A DNA stretch of 64,000 bases from a virus (Duplodnaviria; Caudoviricetes): the IMG/VR virus record IMGVR_UViG_3300010346_000241, positions 1 to 64,000 of that record. One strand, written 5' to 3'. Made by a program: the position numbers and the translations under genes. Of this stretch, positions 1 to 8,667 are shown piece by piece; positions within the stretch are counted from its first letter, which is position 1, and every line of letters starts with the position of its first letter. Under the pieces are notes generated by a model that saw only the letters and a list, made by a program, of their open reading frames with translations, did not search any database and had not been told where the DNA came from.

Positions 1-192
1 AAGGTCTTCTATCGACATTCTAATAGCACATCGAAAGATATCTTCTATGTACAACCCGACAAAAGTTATCAAGACTTCGTCGTATCTGGTAGAAATCCAG
101 CTTCGTTCATCGTCCCATCAAATAGAGCTCAACTTGTTGATGTATCTTGGCTTGAAGATCAGGGCTTCGTGATAGGATCACCCCCCCCTATA
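1..192 (+). CDS. 3' end of paralogue 1 of the tandem beta-helix-like protein array (5'-truncated by window)
   Basis: Frame 1 is open from base 1 to TAA 190-192 and ends ...RAQLVDVSWLEDQGFVIGSPPL, matching the C-termini of the next three genes. Confidence 0.8.
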
Positions 193-241
193 AATGGATA
201 ACACAAACTAAGCATATCTCCTATGAAAGGAGGTGTGCTTA

Positions 242-1366
242 ATGGCATATTGGGGAAGTGGAACTTCGGCAGATCCATATATATGCGACTCATTTAGTTC
301 TTTGGTGGGAGTATGTGGTACCTTTGCTCGCACAACCGTTTATGTAGAGATGGCTACCAAAGATCAGCAAGGTAATCCTATACCTGTTGAAGATAGAGTT
401 ATGGATTTTAGGAAGTCTAATTGGTATATAGGAAATAATGACACTTCTGATGCCGATGGTTATAATGGTGGTTGGGCTGCTCTCTCTATCAATGGCCCTA
501 AAGTCGTAGATGGTAAAGATTGGGTGATTCTCGGAATCAGTTTAAGAAACTACCATTTGTTCTTTTTCAAAAATGACACTGAAGGAACTCGTACATTAAA
601 GAACTTTACAATCAAGAATGCATACTTGCAAGGCCATTCTAGTCTTGTTGCTAATAAAGCTTATGGAGCTAGACCTGTAAACCTGATCAACATCAAGGCA
701 TCAGGAGTGTTAGATATGAGTACTGTTTCGAGTCCATCAACAGATTTAGATAATTTAGGTCTGTTTACTCTTAGATGTCAAACTACTGACTACAACCCTT
801 ACTTTAGAATAACAAAGTGTTCATTCAACTTCAAGTTTATAACATTGTTCAAGTCTTCATGCTTCAGGTTAAATGGTAGTTTGGGTACTAGATTCGAGTA
901 CAACAACTGTCTCTTCAATATAGAAGGAAAAGTTACAGCTGGTTTACTAGCAGCATCAGAATCACTTTCTAATATGGTAGCATACAACACTATGTTCTTC
1001 GGTAAGTTCTTCTTCTGTAAGTTCTCTGGTTCTATATACTATGATCATGGTGGTTCTAACGTTTACATACTTCTATATAAGAACTTTGCTGGCACGCTAG
1101 ATGTAATAGACTTTGACATCTATCCTCTTGTACCTGGAACACATCTTAACTACAGCTGTTATATTGTAGGAGCAAGTACTATAAATACTAACAAGATAAT
1201 CCATTACTGTAAGTCTATATACCTTCATGGCGATTTGAATGATATGAACTATTATCACCCTACATACGCAGCACCTTTTCTTCATCCAACGGATAGAACC
1301 GAGATGTGTAATGAACAATGGTTAACAGAGAAAGGTTTCATTATAGGAAGCCCACCTATAGAATAA
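242..1366 (+). CDS. Paralogue 2, putative right-handed beta-helix virion/adhesin-like protein
   Basis: SD AAAGGAGG then ATG 242; N-terminal GSGTSADPYI (GLUG/Zmp-like) motif, CxF/CSFN repeats, C-terminus WLTEKGFIIGSPPIE. Confidence 0.7.
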   Translation: MAYWGSGTSADPYICDSFSSLVGVCGTFARTTVYVEMATKDQQGNPIPVEDRVMDFRKSNWYIGNNDTSDADGYNGGWAALSINGPKVVDGKDWVILGISLRNYHLFFFKNDTEGTRTLKNFTIKNAYLQGHSSLVANKAYGARPVNLINIKASGVLDMSTVSSPSTDLDNLGLFTLRCQTTDYNPYFRITKCSFNFKFITLFKSSCFRLNGSLGTRFEYNNCLFNIEGKVTAGLLAASESLSNMVAYNTMFFGKFFFCKFSGSIYYDHGGSNVYILLYKNFAGTLDVIDFDIYPLVPGTHLNYSCYIVGASTINTNKIIHYCKSIYLHGDLNDMNYYHPTYAAPFLHPTDRTEMCNEQWLTEKGFIIGSPPIE

Positions 1367-1369
1367 TAT

Positions 1370-1401
1370 GAAAGAGAGGAGGATCGTTTCCCCTCTCTTT
1401 C
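1370..1401 (+). terminator. Intrinsic terminator-like hairpin after paralogue 2
   Basis: GAAAGAGAGG...CCTCTCTTTC inverted repeat directly after the stop. Confidence 0.7.
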
Positions 1402-1410
1402 TATCTCTTG

Positions 1411-1422
1411 AACATTCTAGTA
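1411..1422 (+). promoter_or_regulatory. AR9-like phage promoter AACA-N6-TA
   Basis: AACA-TTCTAG-TA, identical to copies at 1522 and 2658. Confidence 0.7.
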
Positions 1423-1450
1423 AGAATCCATACAAAGGATGAGATTATAT

Positions 1451-1468
1451 ATGAAACTCTGGGCTTGA
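1451..1468 (+). pseudogene. 5-codon remnant ORF (MKLWA) of an emptied cassette
   Basis: Lies between a promoter with degenerate SD (AAAGGATG) and a second terminator hairpin (1475-1508). Confidence 0.45.
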
Positions 1469-1478
1469 TCATATATGA

Positions 1479-1577
1479 AGGGAGAGGGAATCATCCCTCT
1501 CCCTTCATTCTCGTTCACCTGAACATTCTAGTAACAATACACATCAAAGGAGGAATTCATATGGCTATACTTGGCGG
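1479..1577 (+). repeat. 99-bp terminator-promoter-RBS-start module, copy 1
   Basis: Identical to 2615-2713 except one base (T1515 vs C2651); contains hairpin GGGAGAGGGA/TCCCTCTCCC, AACATTCTAGTA, AAAGGAGG and ATGGCTATACTTGGCGG. Confidence 0.95.
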
Positions 1578-2613
1578 AGATATACATGATCCTGACAATC
1601 CTCTGACATTAGACACGCTTGAGGATCTTAAGAATACACTGTTAGGAATAACCACAGGAGGGGAATACTACATAGCCTTCCCCAAAGTATATGATGGCCC
1701 AAAGGTGATAGACCTTCGTTCTAGAGGATGGAACCCTATCTCGTTTTCTCTGTTTTACGATATCGATGGTGCCAATGGAGATCTATACATACACATATAC
1801 TTCAATGGATGGACTATCTTAGGTCTTAGTATTAGTGACCAAACTTTCTTCAATTTTAGGGCACAAAGTAAAGCAAACGACGGAAGTTGTTACATGTACA
1901 TATACGACCTCACTATGAAGAACTGTTACTTCCTCTCTAGCACTAGTGACGTTTTTGCATTTAGGCATGAAAGAGTACTATACTATGGTAACGGTAGACT
2001 GACTTTCAAGAACTGTAAGTTTTCTGCTGTCTTAGATAATCAAACGTCATCGACAAATAAGTGTGCCGAATTTATATACGGAGCTAATTATGCTAGTGCT
2101 ATAACAATAGATACTTGTTCGTTCAACATCTACTTCACGAACTCTAGTTCTTCTGCTAGAATACTTATCATAGACGCAGCTGACACTACTACAGATGCTC
2201 AACTGATCAATAGTATTGTATCTCTCAACTCTAAACGTATAATGATCGACCAACCAACTAGCAATAATCTTATCAATAATATGAAAATGAGGTTCTGTAA
2301 GATTATCGGAAACATCAAACATTACGATTCTGGCCCTTCACACTTGATTCAAATTATAAATGCTAAACAATCTGTATACAACGTAGTAGACTTAGTCTTT
2401 AGAACAACTAGAAATTATGGAAACGGTGTCACAATGCGTATAAGTTTCAGGTCTGGAGTAAACATAGTGAACACTGACAACATCAAAACTGCGGATAATC
2501 AGACACCAACTATTGAAGGAGACTATAAGACTCTATGTACTACAGCTCAGATGATAGATAAGGATTGGCTTAATGAGCATTTCTTCATCTGTGGAGATCC
2601 TCCAAGTGATTAA
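1561..2613 (+). CDS. Paralogue 3, putative beta-helix protein
   Basis: True start is ATG 1561 after AAAGGAGG; motifs VIDLRSRGWNP, FNGWTILGL, CKFS, CSFN; C-terminus WLNEHFFICGDPPSD. Confidence 0.75.
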   Translation: MAILGGDIHDPDNPLTLDTLEDLKNTLLGITTGGEYYIAFPKVYDGPKVIDLRSRGWNPISFSLFYDIDGANGDLYIHIYFNGWTILGLSISDQTFFNFRAQSKANDGSCYMYIYDLTMKNCYFLSSTSDVFAFRHERVLYYGNGRLTFKNCKFSAVLDNQTSSTNKCAEFIYGANYASAITIDTCSFNIYFTNSSSSARILIIDAADTTTDAQLINSIVSLNSKRIMIDQPTSNNLINNMKMRFCKIIGNIKHYDSGPSHLIQIINAKQSVYNVVDLVFRTTRNYGNGVTMRISFRSGVNIVNTDNIKTADNQTPTIEGDYKTLCTTAQMIDKDWLNEHFFICGDPPSD

Positions 2614-2614
2614 T

Positions 2615-2713
2615 AGGGAGAGGGAATCATCCCTCTCCCTTCATTCTCGTCCACCTGAACATTCTAGTAACAATACACATCAAAGGAGGAATTCATATGG
2701 CTATACTTGGCGG
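2615..2713 (+). repeat. 99-bp terminator-promoter-RBS-start module, copy 2
   Basis: Near-identical to 1479-1577. Confidence 0.95.
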
Positions 2714-3726
2714 CGGAGGTTATTCTGCTGACGATCCTATATATGTAGATACGTTAGAGTCTTTTAAAGAAGTCTTTGAAGATCAAACAAACAAGTACAC
2801 GCATATAGCATTCCCAGAGACATATAATGGCCCCAAGGTGATAGATCTTCGTTCTAGAGGATGGAATCCTATCAATATAGGATATAGATCTCCACTATCA
2901 ATCTACAGGTATGTATATTTAATGGATGGACTATCTTAGGACTTAATATAATGGACTCTTGGTTCTTTTGTCCATGTACTGGTAGTTATGGTAAGACTAC
3001 ATATATATATATGATCTTATCATAAAGAACGCTTATCTATTAGCTGTTACAGCTAGTACTTGTTGCTTCTGCAATTCAGAAGGCGGATATACATATTTCG
3101 TAAGATGTAAGTTCTCAGCGATTGTTGATGCCAATAATAATCATGCGTCGTTTATGTGGCCACAATATAGTGCATATGGCAGTGGAGATACAGGTAGACA
3201 AATCAGCGCATCACAATGTTCATTCAACATTGAACTGCACACTCAATCTAGTGGCGGTAATAATAGTGATCGTCAAGTTAAAGTTATCGGAAGTGCTAAT
3301 AACCCTAACGGCAACTATGGTACTATGATCAATTGTCTATTCAACACCATATCTCCATTCTATAGAGCTGGCAATAATAGTAACTTTTATATATACGAAG
3401 GAGTCTTTAGATTCTGTAAATGGACCGGTACTTTTGATTTATATACAAGATTTCATTACTTCATCCGTGGTGAAAACAACTCAGTATATAACGTAATAGA
3501 TACAGACATCTATGCTAGATCGACTAGTGGTGGTGACACTGCACTGTACGTTAGATTTGGTTCTGGAATTAGCTTGATCAATACAGATAGAGTTCATTCG
3601 GTAACATCAACGATAGGATACGGTAACTTAGCTCGTTGCACTAAAGTCACACAAGCTCAGATGCTTGATAGAGACTATCTTAACTCTATAGAGTTCATCT
3701 GCGGTGAAACTCCTTCAAGTCCTTAA
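2697..3726 (+). pseudogene. Paralogue 4, broken by two frameshifts (TTT at 2918-2920 and (AT)6 at 3001-3012)
   Basis: Adding one base at 2918-2920 restores FNGWTILGL; removing one AT restores YIYDLIIKNAY...CKFSA, which runs into ORF 3154-3726 ending FICGETPSSP. Confidence 0.8.
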
Positions 3727-3730
3727 ACTA

Positions 3731-3754
3731 GGTGGTGGGAGGTTTCCCACCACC
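3731..3754 (+). terminator. Terminator hairpin
   Basis: GGTGGTGGGA/TCCCACCACC inverted repeat. Confidence 0.75.
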
Positions 3755-3765
3755 CTTCTACGTTC

Positions 3766-3777
3766 AACATCTATGTA
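3766..3777 (+). promoter_or_regulatory. AR9-like promoter
   Basis: AACA-TCTATG-TA, 26 bp before ATG 3804. Confidence 0.7.
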
Positions 3778-3803
3778 ACAATAATCTCGAAAGGAGGAGA
3801 GTT

Positions 3804-4475
3804 ATGGCTAACAATTGTTGTTTCCCCTATGGAAACGAAGTCTATACTCCTGATATGACTACACATCCTGGTTGGACTAAAGTGGTTGCTTGTCCTGCAC
3901 CTACATGTCCGCCTAAACAGTATATCGTTCCTGGTCATCATCCCTATTGTCCTCCCCCTCATAAGGTAGGAAGGGTTAAGATAGACGGTTCTATCCGTCT
4001 TTCAACTACATACACAGATCATCATGGACACGTACAGAGATTCGATATCATTCCTGGGGTGTCCTATGAAGTCGATGCCTTCTCGAACACTCGCGGTATC
4101 TGTCACTTTGTTGGTAAGATCGTCGACTTCGAGACTGTAGAAGGAGTTCAGGAGATTCTGAAGGCTCCGCACTGCATCTCTATATCTGCGATCATAATTG
4201 ACGCTAGTGATATGTATGAAAGTAAGCTTCTCAGAATCAGAGTTGAGAATATTGAAAGAATGCTTCCTATACTTGGACCCGAGCATATGACTCCTACTCA
4301 ACAGAGTAACGTTTGTATCGAAGATCCATTTATTCTGAGAGAAATAGACGAGTTCGTTGATCTCCACGATGTAGGTGATCCTGTTGACGGAACTACTACT
4401 GATAATACACAATCGTCAAGCACTGGTCAGAATGGCGATCTTGGAACTGATCTCCACGACTATCTTGACCCGTAA
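3804..4475 (+). CDS. Hypothetical protein with Pro/Cys/His-rich N-terminus and a domain shared with the next gene
   Basis: SD AAAGGAGG, ATG 3804; PGxxYxxxA...G...IDxS...IxxxxI pattern shared with 4530-4862. Confidence 0.7.
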   Translation: MANNCCFPYGNEVYTPDMTTHPGWTKVVACPAPTCPPKQYIVPGHHPYCPPPHKVGRVKIDGSIRLSTTYTDHHGHVQRFDIIPGVSYEVDAFSNTRGICHFVGKIVDFETVEGVQEILKAPHCISISAIIIDASDMYESKLLRIRVENIERMLPILGPEHMTPTQQSNVCIEDPFILREIDEFVDLHDVGDPVDGTTTDNTQSSSTGQNGDLGTDLHDYLDP

Positions 4476-4529
4476 TCATGGCTAGGGTGGCAACGCCCTA
4501 GCCTTAACTTTTGGAAGGAGGAAAACCTA

Positions 4530-4862
4530 ATGTCGTATGTTATAAGAAGTAAAGGAAATGTTACCGTACATCTGGACATAGAGCTGGATGTATATAAAGA
4601 CAATGGCGATAAGGATACTATCACTGTATCCATGAAGCCTGGTAATAAATACAAGATCATTGCTGTAGACAGAAGGGACAATATGCTTCGTACTGTAACA
4701 GGCGTATACTCCCACTTCGGCAATAACCATCCCTGTGGTGGTCAGCTTAAAGCTGACTGGATCATGATCGACTGCTCTAATGAAGACGGTCATCACAGAG
4801 CTAAGCTCTGTATGATTATGATAAAGGACATTCGTACACTCGAAGAGATCGTTGATCCTTAA
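4530..4862 (+). CDS. Hypothetical protein, paralogue of the central domain of 3804-4475
   Basis: SD AAGGAGG; 110 aa. Confidence 0.7.
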   Translation: MSYVIRSKGNVTVHLDIELDVYKDNGDKDTITVSMKPGNKYKIIAVDRRDNMLRTVTGVYSHFGNNHPCGGQLKADWIMIDCSNEDGHHRAKLCMIMIKDIRTLEEIVDP

Positions 4863-4875
4863 TGGAGGTGCTAGT

Positions 4876-5682
4876 ATGGCTAAATTATCAGAACACTTCG
4901 ACACATATGAATTCAGATGTAAATGTGGATGTGGTAAGGGAGTACCGTCTACCTTACTGGTATCTATGCTCGAACAGCTCTTCGCATATATGGATGCTAA
5001 AGAGATATGGATAAGTAGTGGTTATCGTTGTGATGCTTCTACTCTCACTATACCTGGTGCATTCTTAGGCGATGGACATAACTGTAATATCAACGGCTCT
5101 ATTGCTGCGGATCTTTGTGTAATCAAACAAGATGGAGAGAAGTATTCATCTTGGGATATCGCTGAAGCAGCAGAGAGAATCGGCTTCAATGGTATTCTTC
5201 TGATCGATGACTTCTATTGTCATCTCGACACAAGAGGATATGAGACTTACAGAAATAACCATTGGTTCGGCAATGAGAAAACTGGAGAAGGTTATGAAAC
5301 CTTCGAGAGAGGTACAGTATTCCCTGGACAAGACGATTACGATCCTGATAAAAGTATATGTCTGGCTTCTCTTGAACTGGAACTTCAGACTGTACTGAAA
5401 GAGAAAGGTTACGATATCAAAACAGATGGAGTTATCGGTAACGATACCCTCTCCAAACTCAGAGACTTCACTATCGAACCTGGTGATTCTGGAAAGCTTA
5501 CATTCTGGACTCAGAAGAAGCTTAAGAGTCTTGGTTACGATGTAAATCTTAACGGCATTGCAGATCGGAAGATGATGGATGCTATTCATCAGTTCCAGTC
5601 TGATAACAAACTCGGTGTAGGTAAGATACTCTCTGGTGGAGATTGGGCTGTACTGGCATCTCTCAAGAAAAAAGAAGAATAG
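4876..5682 (+). CDS. Endolysin-like peptidase M15A (Zn DD-peptidase fold) with C-terminal peptidoglycan-binding repeats
   Basis: SEHF..EFRCKCGC, ISSGYRC, H...AAD and HLDTRG motifs; LQxxLxxxGY...DGxxG-type repeats x2. Confidence 0.85.
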   Translation: MAKLSEHFDTYEFRCKCGCGKGVPSTLLVSMLEQLFAYMDAKEIWISSGYRCDASTLTIPGAFLGDGHNCNINGSIAADLCVIKQDGEKYSSWDIAEAAERIGFNGILLIDDFYCHLDTRGYETYRNNHWFGNEKTGEGYETFERGTVFPGQDDYDPDKSICLASLELELQTVLKEKGYDIKTDGVIGNDTLSKLRDFTIEPGDSGKLTFWTQKKLKSLGYDVNLNGIADRKMMDAIHQFQSDNKLGVGKILSGGDWAVLASLKKKEE

Positions 5683-5692
5683 AGGTGTTACT

Positions 5693-6604
5693 ATGGGATA
5701 CAAAATTACTAAGAGATGGCGCTTCTTACCATTCTGTGGACCACAAGAAGCCATAGATGAAGTGCCTAAGAAACTCGGTCAGTACTTTATGACTAAAGAT
5801 GGTCGAGCCGTATACTTTGATATAGATAACGAGACTCGTATCCGACTCAGCGGTGAGGGCGGAGGTGGTGGTGATCCTGTTATCACCACTCCTCTCACAT
5901 CACAAGTAGAGATCGGTAATGTAAAGGTAGGTAAGACTTATCCTACTGGTACATATCTTGAGACTATCATCAGAGATATGCTTACTAAGTATACTAAGCC
6001 TTCTATATCACTTACTATCAATCCTTCTGCTACACTGTATGATGCGGCTACTGGAAAGATAACAAGTATTACTATGTCTGCTGTTGCCGTGAAGAACAGT
6101 AAGAATATCACTAAGATCACATTCTCCGTCAATGGAACTGTGATCAATACTATTACTACTGGTGTAGCTAGTGGTGGTAACTTCCAGTATCCATATACTC
6201 CTGCTATACCGATAACTTCTGATTGTACTTTCTCTGCTTCTGTTACAGATGGTACTGAAACAAGCACTTCTTCTATATCAGTCAAGTTTGTAGGTAAGTC
6301 GTTCTATGGAACTATGGGACCAGATATCACTGTTCCTACAGCTGCACAGATAAAGAATCTCAATTCGACTTTGAAAACAAGCAAAGCTTATACCTACACT
6401 GGTATAACTATGACATTCGGCAAGGTAGTTTATGCTTATCCTAAGTCACTTGGTGCTCTTACCAAGGTTATGGATACCGTAAACAACCTCAACTATACAG
6501 ACACTTTCTCAAGATCAGAAACTACAATCGACGGTATGGAATACTATGTATATACTCAGATCGAACCTTCTGCTTCTGATGGAGTTACTCTGGCATTTAC
6601 ATAA
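5693..6604 (+). CDS. Virion fibre/appendage-associated protein, Thr/Ser-rich Ig-like C-terminus
   Basis: C-terminal ~190 aa resembles the C-terminus of the next gene (PxIxxxxxPS...YG/WG...YxxP); lies in the tail-fibre operon. Confidence 0.55.
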   Translation: MGYKITKRWRFLPFCGPQEAIDEVPKKLGQYFMTKDGRAVYFDIDNETRIRLSGEGGGGGDPVITTPLTSQVEIGNVKVGKTYPTGTYLETIIRDMLTKYTKPSISLTINPSATLYDAATGKITSITMSAVAVKNSKNITKITFSVNGTVINTITTGVASGGNFQYPYTPAIPITSDCTFSASVTDGTETSTSSISVKFVGKSFYGTMGPDITVPTAAQIKNLNSTLKTSKAYTYTGITMTFGKVVYAYPKSLGALTKVMDTVNNLNYTDTFSRSETTIDGMEYYVYTQIEPSASDGVTLAFT

Positions 6605-6623
6605 GAAAGGAGTGTGAGATTAT

Positions 6624-8648
6624 ATGGCTGGTATAAGTATTCTTGCTGGGTTCTCTTACAAGGGACAACAGTATGACTTCACCAGACAGGGTTTCAAGAC
6701 TCTGTCAGAGATGTCTTCGTATTCAGAAAACTATCTTCCTCCTCTTTACTTATCTTTCTGTGAAGAGACTGGAATGGCTTATATGTACAATAAGAACAAT
6801 ACGGCTGATCCAGAAACTGGTAAGTGGAGAGAGTTCAATGGTGGCGGTGAAGGTGCAGACCTCTCAAACTACTTCAACAAAACCGAAACAAGAGAACTCC
6901 TTGACGGTAAGGTTGATAAAGACGGTAGTAAAGTTCTTACAGACGTAAATTTCTCACAAACCGATAAAGAAAAGCTTGATGGTTTGGAGAACTACAACGA
7001 TGCTGAATTGAGAGCCGCTATCGGAACTAACTATAATTCTATACAGACCTTAAACGGCAAAGTTGGTTCCGACACCCTTCAGACTGAAGCACAGACACTC
7101 TCTGGTGCTATAAATGAGCTGAAAGGTGCTGTAGACGACACTACTCTTGAGGAAAGAGTCGCTGCTAACGAGAGAGCTATCACTGTTCTTAACGGTGATG
7201 AAGAGACTAACGGTAGTGTCGACAAAAAAGTAAAGGGTGGAGTTACTGAAGCTAAGACATACACTGATGAGCAGATTGATCTTCTCAGAACTACTACTGC
7301 TATTCAGTGTGATGCAAAGCCTACCTATAACCTTGTTACTAATAAAATCACATATGTAAAGAACGGCGTCAGCACTACTATCGATGCTGATATGATATGG
7401 TTCTACTATATACAGAGTGGTAAGCTCATGCAGTCCATTCTTATCAATGGTAGCTGGCTCACCATCGTATCTGCAGGTGATGTAAACTTTACTGAATATG
7501 TAAACAAGAACAACGACGTTGTAAGTACATTTACTGGCGATGAAGTAGATACAAGTAAGATTCCCGATCTTGCTGCTATGAAAGCACTCATGCTTATCAT
7601 ACAGAACCTTCTTGATACTAAGATGGATGCTGACAATGTGGAAGACAGTCTTACAAGTACATCTACTACTAAAGCACTCTCTGCTAATCAGGGTAAGATA
7701 CTTAACAGTAAGTTCGCTGACAAACTGAACAAGGTCTTTACATCTGATGACCCCGAGGCTGTAGCAAACAAGATACTCAAGACTAACTCTCTTGGTGAAG
7801 TAGAACTTGGAGATTATGATGCGAGTATCGATCCTTCATCTAGTAATGCTGTAAAGAACTCAGCTATTGCAGAAGCACTCGCTGGTAAGGTTGATAAGGA
7901 CCAAGGTGCTGAAGCTGCTAACAAGGTACTTGGTACAGATGAGAATGGTCAGGTAACTCTGCTCAATCCTTCTGCTATGGGTAACTCTGCAGAGAATGTA
8001 TCCTACGATAATGAGGGCTTCCCTACATACACCAATGTAAAGATAGCACTTGATTCTATTCTCTCAAAGTTATACTATGTAGAACCCAAGATTACTTCTT
8101 TCAATATGACTCCATCTGCTACAGAGTATGAGATGGGTCAGACTATCACAGGCGGCGTTACATTCACATGGGCTGTCAATAAGGATATCACTCAGCAGAG
8201 TCTTACAGACTGTACCATCGATGTGGACGATAGAACCGCTTCATACACTTCGAATATCTCTGCTAACAAGACATTCACTCTTACTATCGGAGATGGTGAG
8301 AAGACGGCAACAGCAAGCAAGACTATCTCATTCAAGAATAAGATCTATTGGGGCAGTGCTGCTAGTCAGTCTACATACGATAGTGCATTCATTCTTGGAT
8401 TGTCTAACAGTAAGCTTGCTAGCAATAACAAGGGAACATACAACTTCAACGTTGAGAATAATGAATATGGCTATATCGCTACTCCTAGCGGTATGAAACC
8501 TTCCTCAGCGTGGGTAAATGGATTCAATACAGACCTCGAAGATCTCGGATCTGTTATCTTTACTAATGCTAGTGGTTACACAACCACATATAGTGTTGTA
8601 AGATTCAAGCAGAAGTCTCTGGGATCGTTCACCGCAGAGATCAAATAA
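6624..8648 (+). CDS. Virion fibre-like structural protein
   Basis: DPETGKWRE, DLSNYF, KVDK, ALSANQGKIL and AENVSYDN motifs typical of phage fibre stems. Confidence 0.6.
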   Translation: MAGISILAGFSYKGQQYDFTRQGFKTLSEMSSYSENYLPPLYLSFCEETGMAYMYNKNNTADPETGKWREFNGGGEGADLSNYFNKTETRELLDGKVDKDGSKVLTDVNFSQTDKEKLDGLENYNDAELRAAIGTNYNSIQTLNGKVGSDTLQTEAQTLSGAINELKGAVDDTTLEERVAANERAITVLNGDEETNGSVDKKVKGGVTEAKTYTDEQIDLLRTTTAIQCDAKPTYNLVTNKITYVKNGVSTTIDADMIWFYYIQSGKLMQSILINGSWLTIVSAGDVNFTEYVNKNNDVVSTFTGDEVDTSKIPDLAAMKALMLIIQNLLDTKMDADNVEDSLTSTSTTKALSANQGKILNSKFADKLNKVFTSDDPEAVANKILKTNSLGEVELGDYDASIDPSSSNAVKNSAIAEALAGKVDKDQGAEAANKVLGTDENGQVTLLNPSAMGNSAENVSYDNEGFPTYTNVKIALDSILSKLYYVEPKITSFNMTPSATEYEMGQTITGGVTFTWAVNKDITQQSLTDCTIDVDDRTASYTSNISANKTFTLTIGDGEKTATASKTISFKNKIYWGSAASQSTYDSAFILGLSNSKLASNNKGTYNFNVENNEYGYIATPSGMKPSSAWVNGFNTDLEDLGSVIFTNASGYTTTYSVVRFKQKSLGSFTAEIK

Positions 8649-8667
8649 GAGAAGGAGGAAATATATA

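Noticed and set aside
1408-1560. N-terminal extension of ORF 1408-2613
   Set aside because: It crosses a promoter, a terminator and a second promoter; the SD-led start is 1561, and the repeated peptide NILVxIH is just the translated DNA repeat
1370-2713. CRISPR array or integron attC sites
   Set aside because: Repeats are few, ~1 kb apart and fully explained as terminator-promoter-RBS; no cas or integrase gene is seen
1-3726. Diversity-generating retroelement behind the paralogue variation
   Set aside because: No reverse transcriptase in the window and no template/variable repeat pair with adenine-specific differences
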